Positions 1-9,449 of a stretch of DNA of 64,000 bases are shown piece after piece. Within the stretch, counting starts at the first letter, position 1. Each line of letters opens with the position of its first letter. Source of the DNA: a virus; IMG/VR virus record IMGVR_UViG_3300045412_000547; one strand, written 5' to 3'. The notes beneath the pieces are model-generated. The model was not told where the DNA came from. It saw only the letters and a program-made list of their open reading frames with translations, and made no database searches. The position numbers and the translations under genes were made by a program.

Positions 1-1
1 G

Positions 2-667
2 AGACCTTCTGTTTTTATGCGATTATCTATGTGTAATCTTACATGTAGAGGGTTTGCATCATCAGATTCACCTCATGGTTGCGATAGCTTTATTAGCTGG
101 TCTGTAAAAAATCGTATGACTTTTGATGAAATTTTTGATTACATGTCACAAAATAGTTATAACTGTAATTTAAAAGACGGTGCTATATGGAAGATAACTG
201 GGGGTGAACCTCTTATTCAACAAAAAAATCTATTAGGATTAGTACAAGCCTTTAAAGATCGATATGGCTTTACACCTCATATCGACTTTGAAACAAATGC
301 TACTATTATGCCCGATTCAGAATGGAAAGATAAATGGGGTGCAACGTTTACAACATCTCCAAAGCTTTCTAACAACGGTGATCCTGTAGAGAAACGCTAT
401 AAGCCTGAAGTATTAAAATGGCATGCTAAAAATAATTCTGGTTTTAAATTTGTAGTTAGCGGTGAAGATGAAGTAAAAGAAATATTAGAAAAATACGTAT
501 ATGAGTGTATTGTACCGGTAAATCGAATATGGCTTATGCCTTGTTGTGGAAGCCGCGAAGAACATACACAACAAAGTTCGATTGTTGCAGATTTATGTAA
601 GAAATATAATTTTAAGTTTAGTCCGAGGTTGCAGTTAGTTATTTGGAATAAAGCACTTAAGGTTTAA
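2..667 (+). CDS. queE: 7-carboxy-7-deazaguanine synthase (radical SAM), 5'-truncated by window edge
   Basis: Frame open from position 2 (RPSVFMRLSMCNLTC...GCDS); ITGGEPL, FETNAT, TTSPKLSN, FKFVV, FSPRLQLVIW are QueE motifs. Confidence 0.9.
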   Translation, partial: RPSVFMRLSMCNLTCRGFASSDSPHGCDSFISWSVKNRMTFDEIFDYMSQNSYNCNLKDGAIWKITGGEPLIQQKNLLGLVQAFKDRYGFTPHIDFETNATIMPDSEWKDKWGATFTTSPKLSNNGDPVEKRYKPEVLKWHAKNNSGFKFVVSGEDEVKEILEKYVYECIVPVNRIWLMPCCGSREEHTQQSSIVADLCKKYNFKFSPRLQLVIWNKALKV

Positions 668-1379
668 TAAATCTACCAAACCACGTTCCCCACATAAATA
701 CTCCAAACGGTTCTAATTTTTTTTCCTGCACTAGCTTATCAACAGATTGTCTGACTAATTTACTTTTTTCATCCGAACTAACATAGTCATCTATTACAAC
801 TATACACTTATTTACCATTAGTTCTGAAAATTGATTAATATCTCTCTCAATGTGACCGTCAGAATCAATTAAAATTAAATCTATTTCCTGTAATAATGAG
901 TTAATTTTTTTAACACTATTTTCATCATATGATTTACTTAGTACTAAAGATATTTTTTTATCCACACCCCATTCAACAATATTATTAATAAAGTCATCTA
1001 TAATACTGTTAGAAGGTAAAAAGGGGTGGTTTAATTCGCTGCCACCAGACTCAACAGCAACTACTGGTACACAAGCTTCAAGAGACATTGCTATAGTTCC
1101 ACCGCCCACATAAGCTCCTAAATCTAATATACCCTTTTTAGATAGTTTACCAAAAAGTTTAAGTAGAAATAAAGTATCATTATGAAGCATAGAAATAGCT
1201 TTTAACTGTTTAATTATTTTTAATTTTTCTAAATTATTAGAAACACTAAAAACATATTCATATAAATTATCAATTATTATGTCAGGGTAACTTTTTTCTA
1301 TTTTTTTTTCTAGTGAAATTACATCTAATGACTCGAAATTATTCACATACATATTTACTAGAAATCTTAATCTTATCAA
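657..1379 (-). CDS. Class I SAM-dependent methyltransferase (Methyltransf_24-like); true start probably GTG near 1346
   Basis: ILDLGAYVGGGT motif I; IDLILIDSDGH and IVVIDDY motifs. Confidence 0.75.
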   Translation of the reverse strand: MIRLRFLVNMYVNNFESLDVISLEKKIEKSYPDIIIDNLYEYVFSVSNNLEKLKIIKQLKAISMLHNDTLFLLKLFGKLSKKGILDLGAYVGGGTIAMSLEACVPVVAVESGGSELNHPFLPSNSIIDDFINNIVEWGVDKKISLVLSKSYDENSVKKINSLLQEIDLILIDSDGHIERDINQFSELMVNKCIVVIDDYVSSDEKSKLVRQSVDKLVQEKKLEPFGVFMWGTWFGRFIKP

Positions 1380-1392
1380 ATAAAATATAGAA

Positions 1393-2148
1393 ATGCGAAT
1401 TGCAATTTGTGGATCTGCTTGCCAGGGTAAATCGACTTTAATAAATGATATTATTAATAATTGGCCAATGTATAAAAAATCAGACGAATCTTATAGGCAA
1501 GTTATAAAAGAGGAAAAGCTTAAAATAAACAAAGGAGTAAATCAGGAAGGTCAATGGAAAATTTTAAATTGTCTTATAAATGATGTTCAAAAAACTAGTA
1601 AAGGTGAAAAAATACTTTTTGATCGCTGTCCGTTAGATAATTTAGTTTATTCTCTTTGGAGTAATGGAAAAGGTAGTTCTGATATAGATGATGAATTTAT
1701 AAAAAAATGTATCCCTCTAGTTAAAGAAAGCATGAAATTCATAGATATAATTTTCTTTATTCCAATTACTAAGGCAGCACCTGTAAAGCTTGAGAAAAAA
1801 GCTACTCGAGAAATTGATCGGCTTTTTATTGAAGAAATAGATAACATCTTTAAAGCAATTTCATATCAGGCTAATCAAAATAAATCTCCTTTTTTTGATC
1901 CAGCAGATAGGCCTCCAATTATTGAAATATTTGGTAAACCAGAAGAGCGTATTCAAATGATTAAGTTTTATCTCGGTCAAGATGGTGATTTAATTGATTC
2001 TGATGAAAGTGTATTAAGTTTTGAAAATCTTAGTGAAATGCAGTCTTTACTTGAAACTCAACAGAATATTAGTAATGAAGAAAAACAAGAAAAGAAAATT
2101 AAGGAGCAGATCATGGTAAACAATAAATATTTACGTGACAAAATTTAA
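1393..2148 (+). CDS. P-loop nucleotide kinase (AAA_28 / dNMP-kinase-like)
   Basis: Walker A GSACQGKST; LFDRCPLDNLVYS motif. Confidence 0.75.
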   Translation: MRIAICGSACQGKSTLINDIINNWPMYKKSDESYRQVIKEEKLKINKGVNQEGQWKILNCLINDVQKTSKGEKILFDRCPLDNLVYSLWSNGKGSSDIDDEFIKKCIPLVKESMKFIDIIFFIPITKAAPVKLEKKATREIDRLFIEEIDNIFKAISYQANQNKSPFFDPADRPPIIEIFGKPEERIQMIKFYLGQDGDLIDSDESVLSFENLSEMQSLLETQQNISNEEKQEKKIKEQIMVNNKYLRDKI

Positions 2149-2353
2149 TGACAAGTTTGAACAATTATTGGAAAGCTACCCTACTTCCGTAAGAATAGTG
2201 AAAAGGGAGTTTTATCCTAAAAATTTTAAGCTTTCAGAAAACTTTATTAAAGCTTTTAGAGACGAATACAAAAGACTTGTAGATGAAGGGCACGATAAAA
2301 GAAATGCTTTAAGAAAAATTAATAAAGCATTATTTTTTCACACCAGAGCTTAA
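2135..2353 (+). CDS. Small late protein, candidate internal head protein
   Basis: TAAATA 5 nt upstream of GTG; N-terminus MTKFNDKFEQLLE. Confidence 0.55.
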   Translation: MTKFNDKFEQLLESYPTSVRIVKREFYPKNFKLSENFIKAFRDEYKRLVDEGHDKRNALRKINKALFFHTRA

Positions 2354-3063
2354 AAGAATTTTGTAACTTTGTATTTAAATCCAAGATTAAAATTCAATCT
2401 ATGAGCCTGGGTGTGATATACATCGAATGAAAAGCAGTTGTTTGCCGCGGGTAAAATATTAGTAACGTATAGTGTACCAGAAAGTAGGGGCATTACTGAA
2501 GTATAAGCAGGATTTAAAACTAAATTAATATCAGCTTCAAGAACATCTGTATAAGCTAAATTTGCAGGTAAAGGATTAGAAACTGTTACTGTTTGATATT
2601 GATTGTTAGATTGTATTATACCAGTTCCATAAGCAACATAAACGCTAGTAAAAATATTATCTAAATAAGAAGTAACGGCCGGAACAAAATTAGTTTTTAT
2701 ATCATTGTATTCAGGTGAACCAACAATATAATCTGCACTCATACAAATACCACCTGTGTATATAAACTTATTATAATAGCTGTTTACCAAAGATGCACCT
2801 GTTCGTCCATTTGAACAAAAATTATTTGCTGAAATATTAGCTGCTAAAGTAATTGAGTTTGCAAAAATATCTTGCGCACAAGTAGTGCCCATTATAGTGG
2901 CATTTTTACCTGTATCTGTCTTTACAACATTTAAATTCTCAAACGTTATTGTGTTGGTACCTTGTTCTGTCTGTACTATAAGTAAGTCCCCCTCCACCAA
3001 TTCGGGAACTGCAGGGAGTTGAGAAATATTAACAAAATTACTATTTGACGCGTTGATTGCCAT
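2350..3063 (-). CDS. Late, probably virion structural protein
   Basis: TAAATA 6 nt upstream; N-terminal ISQLPAVPELVEGDLLIV resembles tail-fibre N-termini; N/T/S-rich. Confidence 0.5.
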   Translation of the reverse strand: MAINASNSNFVNISQLPAVPELVEGDLLIVQTEQGTNTITFENLNVVKTDTGKNATIMGTTCAQDIFANSITLAANISANNFCSNGRTGASLVNSYYNKFIYTGGICMSADYIVGSPEYNDIKTNFVPAVTSYLDNIFTSVYVAYGTGIIQSNNQYQTVTVSNPLPANLAYTDVLEADINLVLNPAYTSVMPLLSGTLYVTNILPAANNCFSFDVYHTQAHRLNFNLGFKYKVTKFF

Positions 3064-3097
3064 CTATAGTATTTATATTAAAATATTAAAAGCCCAT

Positions 3098-3916
3098 ATG
3101 AATAAAATCGGTGTAGGTATAGTTACATGTAATCGGCCTACATTCTTTCTTAAAAGTTTAATGAGTATACCCGATTCAATTACAGATATTGTCGTGGTTA
3201 ATGATGGTGATGACTTCGCTGATATTGACAAATTATATAAAAAGAAAAGTTTTATGTATCTTCATAACAGTACAAATTTAGGTGTAGGTAAATCAAAAAA
3301 TAAGTTAATGCGTTATTTATTGAGTAATAATTGTGATCATATTTTTATTATAGAAGACGATATTGTTGTTAAAGATCCTGAAGTGTTTAATGCATATACT
3401 AAAGCTAGAAATAAGACTGGTATTCAACATTTTAATTTCGGCTATCACGGTCCTGCTAATAAAGCAGGTATTTCTGGAGGCAAGCCAGTTCCAAGATTTA
3501 TAGTAGATTATGGGGATATCAAAATCGCAATTAACATGCATAGTGTAGGTGCTTTTTGTTATTATACAAAAGAAGTGTTAAATAAAGTTGGTTTAATTGA
3601 TGAAGATTATACTAATGCTTTTGAGCATGTAGATCATGATTACAGAATTGCAAAAGCTGGCTTTGGTACACCTTATTGGAATTTTGCTGATATAGCAAAT
3701 AGCTGTGATTATCTAGAAGAAATAGAGTGCTCAGAACACAGTAGTGCTATACGCCCTAGAAAAGATTGGCAGAAAAATATTCAAGAAGGTGCATTAATAT
3801 TTCAAAAGAAACATGGATATTTACCCTCATGGCAGAACGCTGTACCCGATACACCACAAGATACGGTCAAAGAAATTTTAAAAGTCATTTATAAGAAACA
3901 TGCAATCCGAACTTGA
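3098..3916 (+). CDS. Glycosyltransferase family 2
   Basis: GIVTCNRP, VVVNDG, NLGVGKSKN, IEDD, EHVDH motifs. Confidence 0.85.
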   Translation: MNKIGVGIVTCNRPTFFLKSLMSIPDSITDIVVVNDGDDFADIDKLYKKKSFMYLHNSTNLGVGKSKNKLMRYLLSNNCDHIFIIEDDIVVKDPEVFNAYTKARNKTGIQHFNFGYHGPANKAGISGGKPVPRFIVDYGDIKIAINMHSVGAFCYYTKEVLNKVGLIDEDYTNAFEHVDHDYRIAKAGFGTPYWNFADIANSCDYLEEIECSEHSSAIRPRKDWQKNIQEGALIFQKKHGYLPSWQNAVPDTPQDTVKEILKVIYKKHAIRT

Positions 3917-4649
3917 TATTTTAATTCCTGTTTCAATTGATCACGAGGATAGACTGAGAAACTTGTCTATAGTTTTAAACTATTTAACCAAAGCTAGGTT
4001 TAAAAATGTATATGTTCGAGAATATTATAAAGAAGAACCTAAGGCTAAAAATTTACTACAACAATATACTCAATATAAATACACTTCTTTTAAAAATGAA
4101 AAGGATTATTTTAATAAGATGAAATGTATTAATGAATTGTTTGATTTTACTAGCAATCAAATTGCTTGTTGGTATGACGTCGACGTATTAGTAAATAAAA
4201 AAAGTCTTATTGATTCAATAATATTGATTAAGGAAGGTAAATATGATATTGTTTACCCTTATGATGGTAAATTTTATGATATATCTGCAGAAACCGTTAA
4301 AAAACTAGTAACTGATTTAAATACACCTATAGAACTTAAGGAATGTATTTTATTCAATAAAAGTTCTTGGGGAGGATGTGCCGTATTTTCTAGCAATGCT
4401 TTCTTAAGAGGCGGTAAATGTAATCCTAATTTTAAAAATGTTGGTTATGACGATGATGAATTTTTAATGCGGTTCAGACGTCTTGGATTTAACATTGGTA
4501 GAACTGATGGTGTATTATTACACCTAAATCACTTTAGAGGTAACACATCGTTTAATTATAATGACTATACGCAAGATAATATTAATGAAGTTACAAAAGT
4601 TACACATATACCTCTTGAAGAATTAAAACAGTATATTAAGAAATGGTAA
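3900..4649 (+). CDS. GT-A glycosyltransferase with GT7-like C-terminal region
   Basis: DxD (YDVDV); GG..NPNFKNVGYDDDEF; LLHLNH. Confidence 0.8.
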   Translation: MQSELDILIPVSIDHEDRLRNLSIVLNYLTKARFKNVYVREYYKEEPKAKNLLQQYTQYKYTSFKNEKDYFNKMKCINELFDFTSNQIACWYDVDVLVNKKSLIDSIILIKEGKYDIVYPYDGKFYDISAETVKKLVTDLNTPIELKECILFNKSSWGGCAVFSSNAFLRGGKCNPNFKNVGYDDDEFLMRFRRLGFNIGRTDGVLLHLNHFRGNTSFNYNDYTQDNINEVTKVTHIPLEELKQYIKKW

Positions 4650-5494
4650 TGATTACAGCTCGATTAAAAGGCGGATTAGGTAATCAAATGTTTCAAATAG
4701 GAACAGTATTAGCGCTTGCTAAAAAATTTAAAGATAATTATGGTATTGATTATAACATAAAACATTATTCCGGTCAGGGTTTTCCACATCTTAAATATAA
4801 AGACAATATTTTTAAAAACATTCCTATTATAGATTTCAAAGTAACCGATTTTAAAGTATATAATGAGCCAAAGTTTAATTATGTAGAAATACCGAAAACA
4901 AAGGAAAACCTTATAATTGATGGATACTTTCAAACACAAAAATATTTTTTAGATTTTAAAGAAGATGTAAAAAATATGTTTTATTTTGACCCGTCTTTAA
5001 AAGAGGCTGTAGATAGAAAAGTAAGATCTATAAAAAATGTAGCTGAAAAAAATAAAGTTACAGTTATGCACGTGCGTAGAGGAGAATATACTCTTCTTCC
5101 TAAAATACACCCCGTACAGCCTTTAGAGTTTTTTAATAAAGCTTATGAAATTTGTAATGACGGAGATACTTGTTTCATCATCATAACCGACACACCGGAT
5201 TGGTGTAGGTATAATTTTAAACAAAAAAATGTCTTTTTCTTTCAATCAGGATTTAACTTTTTTCATGACCATAAAGGCGGGGGTCTAAGCGAGTTATATG
5301 ATCTGTATATAGCATCTTCTGCAGATAAAAATATTATTTCTAATAGTTCGTTTGGCTGGTGGGGTGCATATCTTGGCAAACCAAAAGAAAACGTTATTTG
5401 CCCTCGTCATTGGTTTGGAGAGAGTGTATGGTTTAAACCTACCAATTGGAAGGATTGGGAAGATATATTTGTTGATGGTTGGGAGATATTATGA
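4643..5494 (+). CDS. Alpha-1,2-fucosyltransferase-like (GT11)
   Basis: GGLGNQMFQ, GYFQT, MHVRRGEY, IISNSSFGWWGAYL. Confidence 0.9.
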   Translation: MVMITARLKGGLGNQMFQIGTVLALAKKFKDNYGIDYNIKHYSGQGFPHLKYKDNIFKNIPIIDFKVTDFKVYNEPKFNYVEIPKTKENLIIDGYFQTQKYFLDFKEDVKNMFYFDPSLKEAVDRKVRSIKNVAEKNKVTVMHVRRGEYTLLPKIHPVQPLEFFNKAYEICNDGDTCFIIITDTPDWCRYNFKQKNVFFFQSGFNFFHDHKGGGLSELYDLYIASSADKNIISNSSFGWWGAYLGKPKENVICPRHWFGESVWFKPTNWKDWEDIFVDGWEIL

Positions 5495-6330
5495 AAAATA
5501 TTTTAATTTTAGGATCTGAAGGACAAATTGGTAAGCCGCTAGAGGAATATCTAAACACAAAAGGATATAGAGTTGTTGGGCTCGATATAACAAAATCTGC
5601 TTATCATGATTTGAGAGAGTATGATAATTCTATTATTAGTGGTTATATAAAAAATACTGACTTTGTTTATTTTTTAGCGTTTGATGTAGGGGGGTCAAGA
5701 TACTTAAAAGAATATCAATATACGTATGATTTTATTGATAATAATACGCGTATAATTGCAAACACATTTCATTTTTTGAGATTATATAATAAACCATTTA
5801 TTTTTGCTTCTAGTCAAATGTCTAATATGAGTTACTCTCCTTACGGCGTTACTAAAGCTTTAGGAGAATATTACGCAAAGAATTTAAACGGGAGAATCGT
5901 TAAATTTTGGAATGTTTACGGCATAGAAAATGATATGGCCAAAGCGCATGTAATAACGGATTTTATTTTAAAAGCAAAGCACAATAATATTATCGATATG
6001 ATGACAGATGGCCAAGAAGAGAGACAGCTTTTATACAGCGAGGATTGTTGTAAGTGCTTAGAAATTGTTGCTAATAACTTTGATAAAATTTCAAAAGACA
6101 AAGAATTACATATAACTAATTTTGAGTGGTTTAAAATTATTGATGTTGCTTACAAAATAGCGAATCTGTTTCCTGGCACAACAGTTATACCTTCGACTAA
6201 TAAAGACACGGTACAGTTAAATAAAAAAAATGAACCTGATCCTTACATTTTAAATTTTTGGAAGCCAGAAGTAACTATTAATGAAGGTTTAGCCAAAATT
6301 TCCTCCTTTTATAAGAATAGTAATTTTTAA
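5491..6330 (+). CDS. NAD-dependent nucleotide-sugar epimerase/dehydratase (extended SDR)
   Basis: GSEGQIG Rossmann motif; FASS; YGVTK (YxxxK); WNVYG. Confidence 0.85.
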   Translation: MKNILILGSEGQIGKPLEEYLNTKGYRVVGLDITKSAYHDLREYDNSIISGYIKNTDFVYFLAFDVGGSRYLKEYQYTYDFIDNNTRIIANTFHFLRLYNKPFIFASSQMSNMSYSPYGVTKALGEYYAKNLNGRIVKFWNVYGIENDMAKAHVITDFILKAKHNNIIDMMTDGQEERQLLYSEDCCKCLEIVANNFDKISKDKELHITNFEWFKIIDVAYKIANLFPGTTVIPSTNKDTVQLNKKNEPDPYILNFWKPEVTINEGLAKISSFYKNSNF

Positions 6331-6368
6331 GCTATTGAAGTTTATATTTTTTTAGTAATATATATAAC

Positions 6369-7115
6369 ATGGATAATCTAATTCTTGGTCAGCAGTGGGG
6401 CGGGTTAGGAGATAACCTTCAATTTTCGACATTGCCTGAGCTTTATAGTAAGGTAAACAAAGAAGTATATATATCCTCAAGCAACGTAGTAAGAAATACC
6501 GAAATAAAAGAAATAGTATGGGATAAAAACCCTTTTATAAAAGGAACTTTAAATTTATCTCAGAATATTGGCGGTCATTTATTTTACTCTATTCCTAAAA
6601 GTGCATGGGAAAAAAAATGTAACATAATAAAAAAATGGGAGCTTGTTCACGGCTTTAATTCTGATGATGATTTTCCTTTACCTAAAATTTATTACAAACC
6701 TAATTTATTAGAAGCTTATTCTAATAAAATTGTAGCGGATTTTACTGCTACCACTTTAAATGAGCATTATAGTAGTGATTTATCTGTAATTAAAAATTAT
6801 ACTTTAAAAAACTATAATAAAAACGATTTCTTTATTTTACGACCATCTTCTAAAAATATTCAAAAACAATCATTAGCTAAATCTAATTTTGAACATCAAG
6901 TTGTTGAGTATAGTAATATTTTTGAATATGCAGATATTATTTTTTCTGCTAAAAGATTTGTATGTTTCTACAGTGGTGGTATGGTTTTAGGATCTGCCCT
7001 AAGAAAAAGTGATATAGACTGTATATTTCCGCCTCACCCGGATTATTACATAGAACATGAAATGCCTTATTATTATTTTCCAAATGTAAAATATATAGAA
7101 ACACTTAAAAAATGA
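6369..7115 (+). CDS. Putative GT-B glycosyltransferase (GT9-like)
   Basis: GGLGDNLQFSTLP N-terminal motif; FVCFYSGGMVL; position within the GT block. Confidence 0.5.
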   Translation: MDNLILGQQWGGLGDNLQFSTLPELYSKVNKEVYISSSNVVRNTEIKEIVWDKNPFIKGTLNLSQNIGGHLFYSIPKSAWEKKCNIIKKWELVHGFNSDDDFPLPKIYYKPNLLEAYSNKIVADFTATTLNEHYSSDLSVIKNYTLKNYNKNDFFILRPSSKNIQKQSLAKSNFEHQVVEYSNIFEYADIIFSAKRFVCFYSGGMVLGSALRKSDIDCIFPPHPDYYIEHEMPYYYFPNVKYIETLKK

Positions 7116-7735
7116 TAGAAAACTATGAATTAATGCCTACCGGTGCTATAAAGCAAGTAAATATAAAACCGTTTAAATATGATTATGAGTATATAGAAAA
7201 GTCTTTTAATAAAATAGATAATAATTCTATGTCTTGCTTAAGGATTGGAAATATTTTAGGTACTATAGGCTATATACCTCAATCCTTACTTGATGTGGGT
7301 TATGGCAATGGCAATTTTTTAGAGTGGTGCTCGAAGATTATTCCTAACTGTTATGGTAACGATATTGAGCCAGCTTATCCATTACCGGAGCACATAAAAT
7401 TTGTTAATAATATTACTGATCAGTTTTATGAAGTAATTACTTTTTTTGATTGTTTAGAACATTTTGCTTCTATTGATTTTTTTAATGATTTAAAGTGTAG
7501 ATGGTTGGTGATAAGCTTACCATGGTGTCATTATTTTTCTGATGATTGGTTTAGATCATGGAAACATAGAAAAGTCGATGAACACATTTGGTATTTTAAT
7601 GATGATTCGTTAAGACAGACGTTAGAGCAATATAATTTTACATTAGTAAGATCAAACAATATTGAAGATACTATAAGAAAGCACGAAGCTTATCCTAATA
7701 TCTTGACACAAATATTTTTAAAAAATGAAACTTAA
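7112..7735 (+). CDS. SAM-dependent methyltransferase
   Basis: LLDVGYGNGNFL; ITFFDCLEH; EHIWYF. Confidence 0.85.
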   Translation: MIENYELMPTGAIKQVNIKPFKYDYEYIEKSFNKIDNNSMSCLRIGNILGTIGYIPQSLLDVGYGNGNFLEWCSKIIPNCYGNDIEPAYPLPEHIKFVNNITDQFYEVITFFDCLEHFASIDFFNDLKCRWLVISLPWCHYFSDDWFRSWKHRKVDEHIWYFNDDSLRQTLEQYNFTLVRSNNIEDTIRKHEAYPNILTQIFLKNET

Positions 7736-8588
7736 AATTGTTCAAGATAATTCTGCTTGTGGCCTTGGTTCTACAATTTTAAGAGTTATTCATAATTTAC
7801 AGTATATTCAAAACGACGATCTTTTATATTTTGAAATGAGAAACCTTTTATATTCAAGCAAAGGAAATACTTGGAATAAATTTTTTCACCAGCCTTTTGA
7901 AGATAAAAAAAATGAAATAGAATATTTATTTAACAAGGGAGAATACGAAATTATAACACGTTGGTATAAATGTGGTAATTTTGTTTTAGATTATGCTAAA
8001 GATCAAAATAAAGACCAATTTTTAGATCGCGAATTTGTTGATTCGATACGTAAAATCACAAGAAAATATTTAAAAATTAAAAAAGAAATATCTGGTATAG
8101 GTAATTTTTTTGTCAAAAACAACTATGGTATGCAAAATGTTTTATCTATTCACAAAAGAGGTACAGACCATTTTGTTACAGGGGGACATGCAGCAGGACA
8201 AAAATATTTAATGGATTATAAAGCTGTGATTAAACCAGCTATAGAAAAAGCTTTAAAAGAAAATAAATGCGACAAGATATTTTTAGCTACAGACGAGCAA
8301 GAAACATATGATAATGTAAAAAATGATTTTGGCAGTATAGTTTTAAAATATAACACAGAGCTTATGCCTACAGGTTCAGACGGTGGTCTTCATTATTCTA
8401 ATGCTTATAGTGATGACGCTAAAAAATATAAATTAGGTGTAGATATGCTCACGGATGTTATTATAATGGCTTCTTGCAAATACAGTCTGTGTATGAGAAG
8501 TAATGTTTCTTTTTTAAATATTCTACTTCGGGATAATTACAATTATGAATTTATTGACAACCATATTGATTATGGAAGATGGTATTGA
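7725..8588 (+). CDS. NodZ/GT23-like (O-fucosyltransferase-like) glycosyltransferase
   Basis: SIHKRGTD, IFLATDE, DVIIMASC...SNVS motifs. Confidence 0.75.
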   Translation: MKLKIVQDNSACGLGSTILRVIHNLQYIQNDDLLYFEMRNLLYSSKGNTWNKFFHQPFEDKKNEIEYLFNKGEYEIITRWYKCGNFVLDYAKDQNKDQFLDREFVDSIRKITRKYLKIKKEISGIGNFFVKNNYGMQNVLSIHKRGTDHFVTGGHAAGQKYLMDYKAVIKPAIEKALKENKCDKIFLATDEQETYDNVKNDFGSIVLKYNTELMPTGSDGGLHYSNAYSDDAKKYKLGVDMLTDVIIMASCKYSLCMRSNVSFLNILLRDNYNYEFIDNHIDYGRWY

Positions 8589-8606
8589 TTATGGAAAGGT
8601 TAGATA

Positions 8607-9449
8607 ATGATAAAAGTAAACTTATTTGATGGTACGTTCGGACATTCTTTAAATGAGAATGGGTTTCTAACTTCTACAAAAGATAGAAAACCTACGTTAA
8701 TTTCATATAAAGAAAAATTAATGTCTTATGATGGTATAACTGTTTTTAGTGATGAATATATGTACAGTGATTTTCCCGAACAGGTCAAAACAAAAACTAA
8801 GGTTGGATGGTGTATTGAATCGCCTGGTGTTAAACCTCAAGTTACGCAAAATTTAGAAAAAATAGATAACCGGTTCGATTATATCATCACCTTTAGAAGA
8901 GATTTAATTGAAAAAAATCCAAAAAAATATCTACCGGCTATTGTTGGTGGTACTTGGATAAACGAAAATGATCATGGGTTATATAAAGATGAAAAATCTA
9001 AAAATTGTTCTATTATACTTTCAGGTAAATCCTTTTTACCCGGACAGCAATTAAGACATGCAATTTATCGTCAAGTACAGGGTATAGATGCATTTGGCGG
9101 TGGTACTAAAACCGGACACATATTCGATAAATTAGATTCTTTAAAGAACTATAAGTTTACTTTTGTTATCGAAAACTGTCAATACTATAATTATTTTACA
9201 GAAAAACTTATAGATGCTTTTGTAACAGGCTGTATACCTATATATTGGGGCTGTCCTAATATAGGTGATTTTTTTGATTTAAAAGGATTAATTTTGTTTA
9301 ATAGTTTAACTGATATTAAAAAGCTAAAACTATCTAATAATTATTTTATTGAAAGGTCAGTTAATATTAAAAATAACTTTAAAAAAGCACAAGAGTACCT
9401 CTCTTCGGATGATTCTTTAGCTAAAACAATAAAAAAATATATTTTATGA
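8607..9449 (+). CDS. GT10 fucosyltransferase-like protein
   Basis: YKFTFVIENC..NYFTEKLIDAFVTGCIPIYWG signature. Confidence 0.85.
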   Translation: MIKVNLFDGTFGHSLNENGFLTSTKDRKPTLISYKEKLMSYDGITVFSDEYMYSDFPEQVKTKTKVGWCIESPGVKPQVTQNLEKIDNRFDYIITFRRDLIEKNPKKYLPAIVGGTWINENDHGLYKDEKSKNCSIILSGKSFLPGQQLRHAIYRQVQGIDAFGGGTKTGHIFDKLDSLKNYKFTFVIENCQYYNYFTEKLIDAFVTGCIPIYWGCPNIGDFFDLKGLILFNSLTDIKKLKLSNNYFIERSVNIKNNFKKAQEYLSSDDSLAKTIKKYIL

